A DNA stretch of 64,000 nt, taken from contig CM039004.1 of NCBI GenBank assembly GCA_017499595.2, positions 1,054,001 through 1,118,000 on the forward strand. The letters run 5' to 3'. The position numbers and the translations under genes are program-made. Shown here one piece after another: positions 52,400 through 64,000 of this stretch. This stretch comes from Psilocybe cubensis (taxonomy: Eukaryota). The notes below the pieces were generated by a model, which saw only the letters and a list, made by a program, of their open reading frames with translations, had not been told where the DNA came from and searched no databases. Positions within the stretch are counted from its first letter, which is position 1. Each line of letters starts with the position of its first letter.

Positions 52400-53104
52400 A
52401 TTTGCTGTGTCTATTTACAACGTATATACTATTGCTACAGCGCTGTTAACTTATTTTCAATATGTTTGGATGGAATTTATCCAAGTAATCAAGTGGATTA
52501 CGCTTCGATTTGGTGTGTTAATCGCAAGCCCTGACTAGCAACTTTTAGATTCAGCTTTTTTAAAATGCCCTTACTATTAAGCAGAGATGGCCGACGTGAT
52601 TATTGTGAATAATTTTTGATAGTCATCTTAGCACTATGCTTCGCTCCGCACAAAAGATTGGGCGCTTCCGGGTATATATATGGCATAGCCAAAGCCGCAT
52701 AATATCCCCATTCGTTTATGGACCTATCAATCTCTCTAGTGGAAGTCGAAATACCACATTGAGTCCGGTTCTCAGTATATTGGACATTTTGAGCATTAAT
52801 GAGATTATGTCCAATGATCGTGGCCGTTGTTCGAGTACCAAGAAAGTGATTATTCCATTATTATACTAGGTAGAGCTAAGCTAGGAATATGTACATTCTC
52901 TACTTGTAAACATTACAATGTTCAATTCAAAGATGCCAGGCTGCTAATATGGCCACATATTGCTAAGGCTGGGTAACAAGTTTGATTTTGCGGTGTAGAG
53001 GTTACAAGTGAATTGCCACGTTTAGTTGTTGTTCACGCTATAAAAACACTAGTCATGACTCACTCAGGCTCGTGTACAAGTGAAAGGCTCCTCATTTTTG
53101 TTGT

Positions 53105-55143
53105 TCAAGAATATCTCGAGGGTACGCTGTTTCTTTTTTCTTTGTCTCGGGGGAGAGAGCAGCTTTCTGAGGGCTCCCCTTCACGGTGGTCTATATCTTC
53201 TTCGAGGTCTTCTATAATGAGATGCCGCAATTCAAAAATGGTGCAAACACTGTTATGTTCACATAGACTCCAGAGATCTGTGGTTGCCATCGTTGATGTT
53301 GCGTCACTAAGATGTTGCTTTTTCCAATTCGCTATTTCCCTGTCGCCTCCATCCCAATATACTGCATCAAAATCTTCTGAACCAGCACTACAATTATCAT
53401 GAACGCGTTCAGTTTGATGATTAAAGTTACTTGAAATTGTTCAAACGTACGTGTGTGCATGTGGGTTAATCAAGCACATGCGGCCATTGCGGTCTTTAGT
53501 GCCTAGAACAGTGCAAAAAGAATCAGTATATGTCTCTGTTAATGGCTCGTAACCACTGGTAAATGCCTTTTACCCTGCATATTGCAAAAGAGAATTGATC
53601 CTCGTGTATAAATGAATGCAAAATGGACGTAAGCGTGAATTGTTTTTGTCATCATGTCATATGCCGGCCCTATCTTGTCGCTTCCAGTAAATTTCTTAAT
53701 TGGTTCGTCGTATCGTCCAGATGGAAGCATAGGGGTTGCAAGAAAGGCAATATGCGGCAAGCTCTTCTTTCCCGAAGCAGACAGAGGTTCAAGTTCGCCA
53801 TAGAAAGAACCTTCAAAATTGAAGTAAAAGCCTGTGTATGCGGTATTAAATCATTAGATCTATGGTGTCCAGTGAAAATTGTGGAGCCAAATACGTACTA
53901 CCAATGCTTGCTCGGAACCTTCTACAGACGTTTTCGGACTCTTCAACATATTGGTCGAACACTTTTTTGATCCCGTCGCATTGCGCGAGAAGCTGCAATT
54001 CAGCTTTCAGAATTCGGCGGGCTTCTGACGGCTCCATTTGGTTGTCATATGGTTGGACAAGGGCATATTCTTTTCCCTGATACCGTGCCTGTAAATAGAT
54101 TTAATGCAATTTATTTCAGTTCTGACATACAGAGGCGGTAAAATCAAGGCAAAACCGTACATAAATTGCATGTTTTGTTGACCCACACCCAAGGAAGCCA
54201 CATTTAAAATGCTGAGGGTCGGATTTTTTCCACAGTGTTTGACCTCTACCCCAGTCGTTTGTTATTTCAATGGTGTCTAAGTTTGCAGTGAAGCCCGCGT
54301 CAATAGTAACATTTCCGTCTGCTTGATAAACTGCGTTGAAGCGGGTGAATTTATAGTTGTCCATTTTAACATCATTTCTAGACCACGGGTGTGTCCGAAA
54401 TGCCATACTTCTTAGTTGACGAGGTGCTGATGAACGCACAGACTCTGAGGTCGGTAATGGTGTGGAGTTGTGGTAATTTGTCGATGACTGAGAGGCGCTA
54501 CTAGCCGGAAGACCAGGATTATCGAATATGTCATTTCCAATGTTGACTTTGGTTGCGCGATGGATAAGTTTAGCTTTGGGGTGGCGCTTTTCAAAGCCTT
54601 TGCTATCGTGAATCCGCATGGTGTCAGCAACATAATCACGGGGGAGGTGTATTCCTGTTTTCATCGAAATCTTGTGACGAATTTTACGAGGACCCATATT
54701 TTTGGCAGGATCGAGGTCCATTTGGTCAATGACAAGTTGTTCGGCTTCATTAGAATCAATTAACTTCAAGGTTTTCCGACTAGACTGCAGTCCTAGTTCC
54801 ATGCGTCGTTTTTGAACTGTTCGCGGTCTGTTGCGAATAGTTAGCGAGGATTTGACGAAAATAAACAATAAACAGCAGACTTCATATTGATGTTGTGGTC
54901 AGCCATGAGCAATTCCGAAATCAACTTGTCGTTGGTAATTAGTTGTCGATGATATTCGTACAATGCCTCTTGAAGAACAGGGTCGGTAGCCTTTACTGTG
55001 AGTTGCCATGTCAATACCAATGTAAGAAATGGCGCCTTGACAATATACTATTGAAAAGCAGGGATAAAACGAGAGGACATACAGACATATCCATGCTGAT
55101 TGCGCCCCAAGGGATTTCTGTTGTGAGTGCTTGAGAAAGCCAT
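53105..55143 (-). CDS. Chimeric gene: transposase-like N-terminal (HTH-type) region fused to an alpha-kinase (eEF2K-like) domain lacking the catalytic Asp residues
   Basis: Spliced MAFSSTHNRNPLGRNQHGYVL|KATDPVLQEALYEYHRQ...|PRTVQKRRMELGL...KVNIG continues in frame into GFLGCGSTKHAIY, IKKFTGSD, IHAYVHF, FCNMQG, LINPHAHT, YWDGG and CEHNSVC. Confidence 0.7.
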
Positions 55144-56297
55144 TGTAATGGTCAATTGCAGGGTGCAAAAATTCAGATGCAGGGCGATTGCTAAGTAGGG
55201 TGCAATAGACGGCCTGCCCTTACGATAAATTCAAGTCCGCTATAGTTTAAATCTGATGAATAGCAAAACGAATGTAAGTTAATCAGAACACGAGGCAGAT
55301 GGAAGCAAACAAATACTTACATTGAACGGTGATAAAGTTTATGGATTGCATATATCCAATGTCCGACGTTGATTTCTAACAGTCGCGGCCGCACGTTCTG
55401 AGAAGGCACCATGTTATAATGTGAAAAATGTCATATTTCATACTCAACGGACCAATTTTTGGTCAATACATGATACAATCTAATCAACATACTTGTAGAT
55501 TGCATAGAATGAGGGCCAACTTTATAAGAGCAGGAATGCGCTCAAAGACAGGCGGTTGTAATCCGCCAGATCAGGTGAATACATACGTGGATATGGCGGC
55601 GGCGGCGACGATAGGAAACAATACGAGCACCACCTTGTCGTCTGTTGTTAACGGCTGTGGGAACGAGACTCATTTCGTTTGAGAGTACCGGCGGTGAGAG
55701 TGGAGTAATGGCAAGTAAAAACAATATGAGCGGTGATGCTCGCCTTGTAGTGAAGAAGTGGAGGGGGTGAGGCATCGAGCAGGAGGAGAAGGCTGCCTAC
55801 ACGTCGAAGGGTTGGAGGGTAGATGATTAACGGTGTGTCATGGCATGAAGTAGCATTTATGCTCTGAAATAAGGGGCGATAATTTGATGTAGTTGTGCAG
55901 TACGTTAATATTGCACTTGGTGGAATTCAAGAAACAATTGTGGTATCACTGGTATGGGAATCGGCAGGAGAAAGGCTTGGAAAGGGCAGATGCGTAAATC
56001 GCGAAGGTCACATGATTCGCTGGTATTGGGAAATCCAATCTCTCACTCTTACGCGACTCCACTACAAACTACTCAAAGGTCAAGACGCCTCACTCACCGA
56101 TAGGTCCTAGTTCAAGGAGAAACCAATACACAAGCATATATATCATACTATCACTAGGCACCTCGCAACTCGTTGCCCACGAATCCGCAACTTTAATTAA
56201 CCACATCTTTGTTACTTCCCAAGGGAATTCGTCGAACGGGTCAATATTGCGCTGAGATTATAACAAAGGATATCGTCACACCGCAAACAAACTTTCT

Positions 56298-59200
56298 ATG
56301 ACGAGTCGTCTAAAACGCCAGCTCGACGAGCTGGGGGTCAATACCTCAAGTTCCAAAGCCAATGAGAATTTCTGTCTGGTTAGGCCGTTCAAACCCACTG
56401 TTCTTATTCAAACGTTAATTATTTTTGATAGATTGGAACACCTTTGCCACCTTTAACAAAGTCGAAGGATACTGGAGAGTTCGTCCCCCTCTGGAAACAA
56501 GAAGTCTGAGTCCATTGTTAGTATCATTCGCCTTTGGGTTTCTCAATCTGAAATAATAGGTGCGCGACGAGAAGGGTCGAAGAAGACTCCACGGTGCGTT
56601 TACAGGTGGATTTTCTGCTGGATACTTCAATACTGTCGGGTCAAAGGAGGGTGCGTGAAAGTTACTTCAACACATCCAATGCCAATTTTAATATAACTCC
56701 AGGATGGACTCCAAAATCCTTTGTGTCGTCCCGTGGGGACAGGGCAAAGAGAGCCGAGGCAAAGCCCGAAGACTTCATGGATGAAGAAGATCTACAGGAT
56801 CTGAAAGACAGTCGAAATATTGTCGATACAACTGAAGAGATGGACTTCCTGGGTGGTACCAGAGCTGAACTTCTAGGAAAAGAGGACGAGGATGATTCAA
56901 GCAAGGAGTTCGTCAAGCTATTCTCCCTTCTACCTACTCTCTGACCCTGTCTGTTCTCAGCCCGATCACACGAGCACTCCAAGCATCTATGTTGCCGATG
57001 GCTAAGGATTCTGTTGGTTCTAAAATATTGAAAAAGATGGGATGGCGCCTTGGGCAGGGAATTGGACCACGTATCAGTCTCAAACAGCGCAAAGCTCAAG
57101 ATGCATTGGCTGTTGATGCGAATACTGGCTCCAGGTATCAAGGAACGACCCTCAATATTGCAGATGACGACGACGAAGCCAACAAGCACACTTACGCTCC
57201 GCGTGATACTCCGGTATTGGCTGTCAAGAGAAAGGACAACAACCACGGCTTAGGATATACTCCTGGATTGAGCTTGAATGATAGTTTGGGTAACAAGCCG
57301 GAAGATAGTGGAAAAGGTCCCAAGTTGGCAGGTCTGTTTAAATCAGTCGTTTTGCCTTCCTTCGCCAGTTTAATGTTACAATACACAGGTGGATTCGGAC
57401 TAGGGGCACTGAACGATGCAGATGAAGATGATTTAGACGTCTACGATACTTCAAACCATAACTCAAGGCGGCAACTTGCTTACGATCATGCTGAGGGTGA
57501 AGACGACGATACCGTCATTATTGGACATCGGTCAGAGAAACAAAAGAGACCTGCCGAGGTGAGTAGTTAGAGACGAAATCAAAGGTCTAATAACTATATT
57601 CTGAAAACAGGCAACGCAACAATCATTTACTTCTCACTCCTTTCGTGACGGTAGACCGGTTCTGGCTGGATTCGTATTATCAGATGAGCCCGTTGCCGAG
57701 GACAGATGGTGAGTCGTTTAAGTTCGTCTGCACGGACAATCTAACCACGGGGGTGGTTCATTTATCCAGGTTTCCGGTTCCTGAAGTACCCTCGGATTGG
57801 GTTCCTAATCCGCGAAAGTTGTGGGATTCAGAGAAAGAAAATCTAAAACCATCCGAAAGTGAACCTCATACACATGGAAGGAAATTAAGGACACCAAATC
57901 AAGTGAGTTCATTGAAAATTACTCTGATTGGGAACGAAATTTATGAAGTAAAAGAGGGGAGAGATACTCGGGGAAGTCTCGCTCCCATCAGTACCTCGTT
58001 CTGTGTTCGACTACATGTCACAAAAAGACAGAGAAAGGATCAAATCTATTGCTTCTTCACTGGCCGCAGGGGCTTCTACTGAGCCCGATCGATCTTTCCT
58101 TCCCCCACCAACCTCTGGCTCAAAACTTGAGCCACATATCGCGCAAGCAGCCCTTCGTGGATTCCAACCTTTCACCGCCAACCCAGCAAAGCAAGCACGG
58201 TATAACACTTATTTGCAATCCCAAGCAAACCCTGATGGATCGAGTCCTTCCTTGAAACCTATGCCGGGCCAAAATGCTGAAGAGTTCACGAAAGAAATCG
58301 AAGACTACGCTAAAGCAGCGTCACTCTTCAAACCGATTTCTGGCGCTATGGCTGGCCGGTTCACCAGCGCTGCTGTAATTGATCTGGGCCCCAAAATCCA
58401 TGAAGGACTTCATACACCGTCCCACGAAGACATTGCAGCAAAAGAGGCTCAAAGACGAAAAGAAGAAGAGGATAAAGTCAGCCCCAAAGTACATGCTGCC
58501 CATGCTAATATGTATGGACAGCTTACACGCGAGAGAAAACCATGGCTGCCTGCTAAACTTCTGTGCAAACGTTTCGGCGTCAAAGAGCCTAATCCGGAAC
58601 CAGAGATGCCTACAGGACCCGTTCCGAGTTCGAGCAAATTCACTGCATCGTTCACTGTGCCAGGACAAGGCCAAACACCCGCTTCTCAAGCTTCTTATGC
58701 TAAGCCAGGCGATGGGGGTATAGAGGATGAAGCCGTTGGGGATGACGAAACACTTATACAGGAGATGCCTACCTATGAGCGACCATCTATGGATGTTTTC
58801 AAGGCGATTTTTGCCAGTGACGACGAAGATTCTGATACGGAGGAAGACAATGATCAGCAAGATATACCAGCGGCACCGACGAACTCAGGTACTGGATTCA
58901 AGTCGGCTAGAAGTATTGTTGAAGATGGTCCCATCGATATCGACACTTTCAAGCCCAAATTCATTCCACGTGAAGGCAAGGCAAAGAAAAACGACAACGA
59001 AAACAATGCAAAGGAAAAGAAGGAGAAGAAAGAAAGAAAAGAAAAGAAAAAGAAAGACAAAAAGAATGTGTTGGTTTCTTTTGAAATGGATCAGGATGCA
59101 GACGACGCTTCAGAGGTGAAGCAATCCAAAGATCGGCCGAAGAAGAAACGGAAAACGCCCAATGAAACGGAAGAGAAAGAAGAACACACAGCGATGTGGG

Positions 59201-59316
59201 AAGCCGATACTGCAGGGATTGTCCCTCCTTCCATTGTCGCACCATCAGATGTTTCTATTTCGTTTGCCTCTGATGCAGGTTCTAAAAGTCGGAAGCGTGC
59301 GATAGATTTCATGTAA
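56298..59316 (+). CDS. G-patch domain protein, GPATCH1-like (DUF1604 + G-patch)
   Basis: [74 protein letters not shown] and [11 protein letters not shown]. Confidence 0.92.
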
Positions 59317-59458
59317 TTTTACCAGCGCTTCAAGTTCACCATTTAAATGATGACTTATTCAACCAACCAAGTTCTTGCTGCAACTTTGCTGACTGAGCAG
59401 CCATGGTGAGGAACGGGCATAGGCATAGATTTTGCAATAGTTATATTCCAAGATAACT

Positions 59459-61158
59459 TCATTCGCTCTCCTCTTCACCTTCTTCCTCATCTTCTTCCTC
59501 ATCTTCCTCTTGTATTTCTTCCTCTTCTTCCCAGCCAGCACCAAAAGCATCGGCATCTCCTTCATCATCATTATCATTTTCGCTACCACTATCGTCAGGC
59601 TCCTCGCTAGCATCTCGCTTGCGTTTACCGTCTACAGGAGCAGATGCGCCTGCAATATCCCCATCACCAAGGGTGACGCAGGTAAGGCGAGTACCTTTCG
59701 AGTCGTACGATGTCAGGGGTTCAAAGGCTTGCACAGTGTCTGATTTGTTCGAGAGCTTCGATACTGCAGCTATATCGTGCAAATTGATGAATCCGTCCGA
59801 CGAAACGGTGACGAGAATGGTAGTTGATTTCCGTCCCGATGACTCGGGTAGAGCAATATTAAGGGTGTCCACGGCTTTGACACTGAGCAGAGTTTCAATG
59901 AGGGAGGATATATCAAAATTACAAGGCAACTCACCGGTTAGTGTGGCCTGTCAAATGGGCAATAATTTTGGGTGAGCTAGAGTCTTTTGGAACATCGTAA
60001 ATAGATAGTTTGCGGTCTTCGGCGGCAACGAGGAGCAGCTCTCCCTCGCCATCAACTCGACTACAGAATTTGGCGTCATGTATTCGAGAGGGATGGGTTA
60101 TTGTATAGAGGAGGTCCATGTTCTGTTATAATTGATCTCAGCGAAATGCTGTAGAGAAATTTGGTTTATTGAGCATACCACTGCGTAAACATCCATCGTT
60201 GAAGCGGACTGTACCAGGAATTTGGAACCATCTATCGACCATCTGACAATTTCGCCCTCTTGTGCATAAACCGTCAGTAACCAATTCATTCCTTGAGCAT
60301 CTCAATCCATACCTTTTCCAAGTTTGGTGCTTGCGACACCCTTGCCTCTCATGAGATCCCACATCCGCAGTGCCCGGTCTTTTCCAACGCTTAGTGCAAC
60401 CTTTCCAGAAGGGTGTACTGCCATAGAGTTGACACGACCTTTGTGTCCTTTTAATGAACGTAATACAGCCCAATCACGAGCACGAAAAAGACACAGTGTT
60501 CCGTCCTCAGACGCTGAGAATAGATGCGATCTGGATGGAAAAGTAAGATGCGTAATAGAACCTACAATTTTGTCGATTTGTTATTTATTGCTGATAAATT
60601 GGATTGAAGATAACGAAAACGCGTACCCTCATGATGCATAAGACCGCCAATTTCTTTCCGCCTTCTGAGGTCCCAAACTTTTATTATTTCATCCGCGCTA
60701 CCTGTCGCGAGCCATTTGCCACCTTGAGGAGATGCTGCGACAGCTTTAATACATGACACATGAGCAGGGAATATGAAAGTGGGTTTCAGTTCATATTTTA
60801 ACTTTAGATCCTCGTCCACAGTAACAGTGCCTTCGAGACCATATAGAAGTTTTTCATACGATCCAGCAACGACCTTGAAAGAATTTGGTAGCTGAGCCTT
60901 TTCTTCGTGTGTTTTCCGTTTTACTTTAGGTTTCGAAGCAGTTGATACTTCTTTTTCTTTTCCTTTTCCTTTCTCCGATATCCCGTGTATTTCTTCTCCG
61001 TTATCTTCGTGAGGTGTAGTCACTTTGCGCGATTGTGCTTGCTGGGGCAAAGAATTTCTTTTCGGACTGGGCGAGATTTTTGTTTTGCTGGGGACCTCAA
61101 TTTTGGCCTTTTTCGCGGGTCTAGTGACACCTTTGTTTTGACTATGTTTTACTGTCAT
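59459..61158 (-). CDS. MAK11: WD40 60S-biogenesis factor MAK11/PAK1IP1-like
   Basis: FKVVAGSYEKLLYG, FIFPAHVSCIKAVA, LATGSADEIIKVWDLRRRKEIGGL, VHPSGKVALSVGKDRALRMWDLMRG, GHTNR|VKA, GTRLTC and an acidic tail. Confidence 0.9.
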
Positions 61159-61415
61159 CGAGTTTTATAGAAAGGGTGAAATGAGGGAGTGTAAAGCAAT
61201 GATACAGAGAAAGAACTTGCAGCTAACTATAGCCCTTCAAAAAGTCAGTTTGATCTGAACGCGTTTGACAAATAACGGTTCCGGCGACCCGGTCGACGCG
61301 CGCGGCTCCTCGCGACGTTTTTGACGACATTCTTCCAACTTTTTTCGAGCGCGTTCCGTAACTTCTACCGTATTTTCATCACTACGTGGCACCCGTCATA
61401 ACCTAGGACGGGGAA

Positions 61416-63391
61416 ATGAAAACCAATGTAATCACAAAATGGACCAATGCGCATTTTCGAACACATATATCACGATATTCGACTCATATTCAATGCCGAC
61501 AAACTATTGCCAATAAAAATGCAAATGTCAATGCACTTGTTCATGTGTCCGAACCTCCTTCAGCTCTACGGGAAGGCCTTCCCTTGTCCGGTATTACAAT
61601 AGCCGTGAAGGACAATATTGCTACTTCAGGAATGCCTACTACCTGCTCATCTTCAATGCTGAAAGGTTGAATCGATTTGCTTTGCATGTCTGTTTTACTG
61701 ATTGAGAGTTATCATTTAGACTTTATATCACCTTTTGATGCCACTGTTGTCAAAATCCTTCAGGACAGCGGCGCAGATATCATTGGAAAGACTAATTGCG
61801 ACGAATTTGGAATGGGGTAATATCACCCAGTATAACATGGATTGGTTTTTATTAATATTATGATAGCTCTCTCAACATTCACTCTACTCATGGGCCAGTA
61901 AAAAATCCTGTGGGTCTCTACCAAGTCAACGGTCTCGTAGAAGAAAGGTCTGCGGGTGGAAGTTCTGGAGGGAGTGCCGCTGCAGTCGCCGCAGGAATAT
62001 GTAAAGCGTAAGTAAAAATCATATCTCATATGACTGTATCATCTTTAAACGTAAAATTTAGAGCTTTAGGAACTGACACTGGAGGATCCGTTCGGCTCCC
62101 TGCTTCGTACTGTGGCATTGTTGGCCTCAAACCTTCCTACGGGCTCGTCAGCAGGTGCAGCGTAGCCCTAAAATCATCCCATAGTCGCTGATCTTTCCAC
62201 AGGTGGGGTGTGATCTCTTATGCGGATAGTCTTGACTGTGTGGGTGTTTTGGCAACCGATGTTCAAACTACCAAACAAGTATTCGGTATGCTGTCATGAA
62301 ACCGTCGATTATTGCTTATATCTAATTATTTTATGCTTAGATCAAATTGCGTTATACGATGAACTAGACCCAACATCCGCACCCAATGAAATTCGAGCAA
62401 AAGCATTCAAACATATTGAAGAAAGAACGGTGCATAAGGAAGGTGCAGTTGGCATTTTGAAAGGGCTTCGGGTTGGTATACCACAAGTAAGTCTTAAAAT
62501 CACAACCGACTATCGTCAATTTTGAAAATTGCCTGCTCAAGGAATATTTTCCTTCAGAAATGTCACCTTCAATCATCCAACATGTTCGTCGAGTGATCTC
62601 AAAGTTGAAGGAACACGGCGCCGAAGTGATATCAGTATCACTTCCATCGACATCCTATGCCCTCAGCTCGTACTATGTACTAGCTACCGCCGAAGCCAGT
62701 AGCAACCTGGCACGCTATGATGGTGTTCAATATGGTAATTCGGAAATGATTTACTTTGAGGGCAACCCACTCAATTTTTTTTCTAGGATCATACGTCAAA
62801 CCTCCCCCAGGAACAGAACTCACCAAAACGTCTAAAATATATGCACATACCCGAACAACCAATTTTGGGAAAGAGGTCCAAAAACGTATCTTACTTGGCA
62901 CTTATGCGCTTTCTGCTGAGTACGTGAGCTATTCTATTAAAATCCACGCAGATACTGACCGTTTTGATGCAAGTGCATTTGACAACTACTTTTTGCAGGC
63001 ACAGAGAATACGTCAATTAATCTGCGATGATTTCAATGGCGTCTTTGCCATCCCAAACTATTTCTCTGACCTGATTGAACGACAACAAGAACTTAATGGC
63101 CAATGTGTCGACGTTCTTATCCACCCCTCAGCCATCCGCACTGCTCCCCTCCTTTCCGAGGCTAAAACGACCGGGCCTAACTTAGACACATATCTTCAAG
63201 ACGTTCTTACAGTTCCCGCTTCTTTGAGTGGTTTACCGGCCTTATCCATTCCCGTCAATATAGACAATGATGAACACACAAAGCTTCAAAATGAAATACG
63301 ATGGCCTATTGGAATCAGCATCGTTGGCCAGTGGGGTACTGATCAACTAGTCTTGTCAGTGGGAGCAGCTATGGAAGCACTACAACACTAA
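61416..63391 (+). CDS. HER2: Glutamyl-tRNA(Gln) amidotransferase subunit A, mitochondrial (amidase)
   Basis: [64 protein letters not shown] and [14 protein letters not shown]. Confidence 0.92.
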
Positions 63392-64000
63392 CTAGTATTG
63401 GACTTCGAGTTCCGAACACAACTACTAGTAACCTCCTTTTCTTTTCCCTGTTCTAGCTGTGGGTAAAAAATCATTTTTGAAGCTTTGACACGCGACCTTG
63501 AATTCTAAAGCAATCCATAATAAACTTTCATAAGTCTCTCCGTAGCAACGCCAGACATGTTCATCACTGTTCATGCTTCAACCCAAGGTCGACTATGCCC
63601 TAAAAACCGCCAAGCGAGGGGCAACTTGGCGTTGTGGTAATTTATGTTTCAATCGTCAAATTCCAATTCCCCAGGGCTTTTTCCCTCAATCATTTATTGC
63701 CACGTCTTAGACTGTTTCACCTTGTTAACCTCTCCAGGATATTTGGTCAGGCCTGGCTAACTGACCATGGCTGCCCCAGCGTAAGTCATCATCAGCGACT
63801 TGTGCCTTGACTGTTTTGACCGGGTCTTGAAAACAGCAGCATTGGAGTGATAATCAATACTGCGAACGTTTCGAAAGCTGCTGATAGTGGTACTGAGGTG
63901 TCTGGTGCAACGATCTTCTTGCAGGCGCGTTCCCAAGTGCTGAAGACTCAAGAACTTCTGGATACTATACTCCAACACATTCGCCCTGGGTTCGGAGGTC

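Noticed and set aside
52860-56160. TIR/TSD search around the kinase chimera (ACTAGG at about 52865 and 56153)
   Set aside because: Only a 6-bp match with no inverted termini; expected by chance.
59010-59065. AAG/GAA-rich simple repeat (also TCA/TCT runs at 59470-59580 and ACTGGCACC repeats near 17545-17580)
   Set aside because: They encode ordinary Lys/Glu-, acidic- or Thr/Gly-rich low-complexity protein segments.
63757-64000. Minus-strand ORF open to the window edge
   Set aside because: No recognisable homology; too little sequence to call.
1-64000. CRISPR arrays, rRNA genes, LTR or LINE retroelements
   Set aside because: No repeat-spacer arrays, rRNA signatures or RT/gag motifs seen.

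Overview
Gene-dense, intron-rich (short GT-AG introns) fungal DNA, most consistent with an agaric basidiomycete. Housekeeping genes recognisable from sequence: ATP4, a GPI-anchored Ser/Thr-rich wall protein, a mitochondrial carrier, RNase H2 subunit C, an MPD1-type PDI, an NTO1/BRPF-like PHD-bromo-PWWP protein, RPB7, an intron-containing tRNA-Ile(AAT), VPS28, a laccase, an M28 membrane peptidase, a GPATCH1-like protein, MAK11 and the GatA amidase. Lineage-expanded families: two inverted F-box-like paralogs around ATP4 and two tandem DUF6533-type membrane genes. Most notable: (1) at 1-4.5 kb, a compact tail-to-tail pair of a RecQ-like helicase and a DUF6589-type putative transposase with overlapping stop codons, bordered by a 130-bp imperfect palindrome, possibly one end of a large mobile element; (2) at 53.1-55.1 kb, an in-frame spliced chimera of a transposase-like N-terminus and an alpha-kinase domain whose two catalytic Asp residues are both Asn; (3) a CCCH/RRM-like RBR E3 ligase with a C-terminal CaaX box, interrupted by a single in-frame TAG. 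All family assignments come from motif recognition by eye, not database searches, and exon boundaries were inferred manually.
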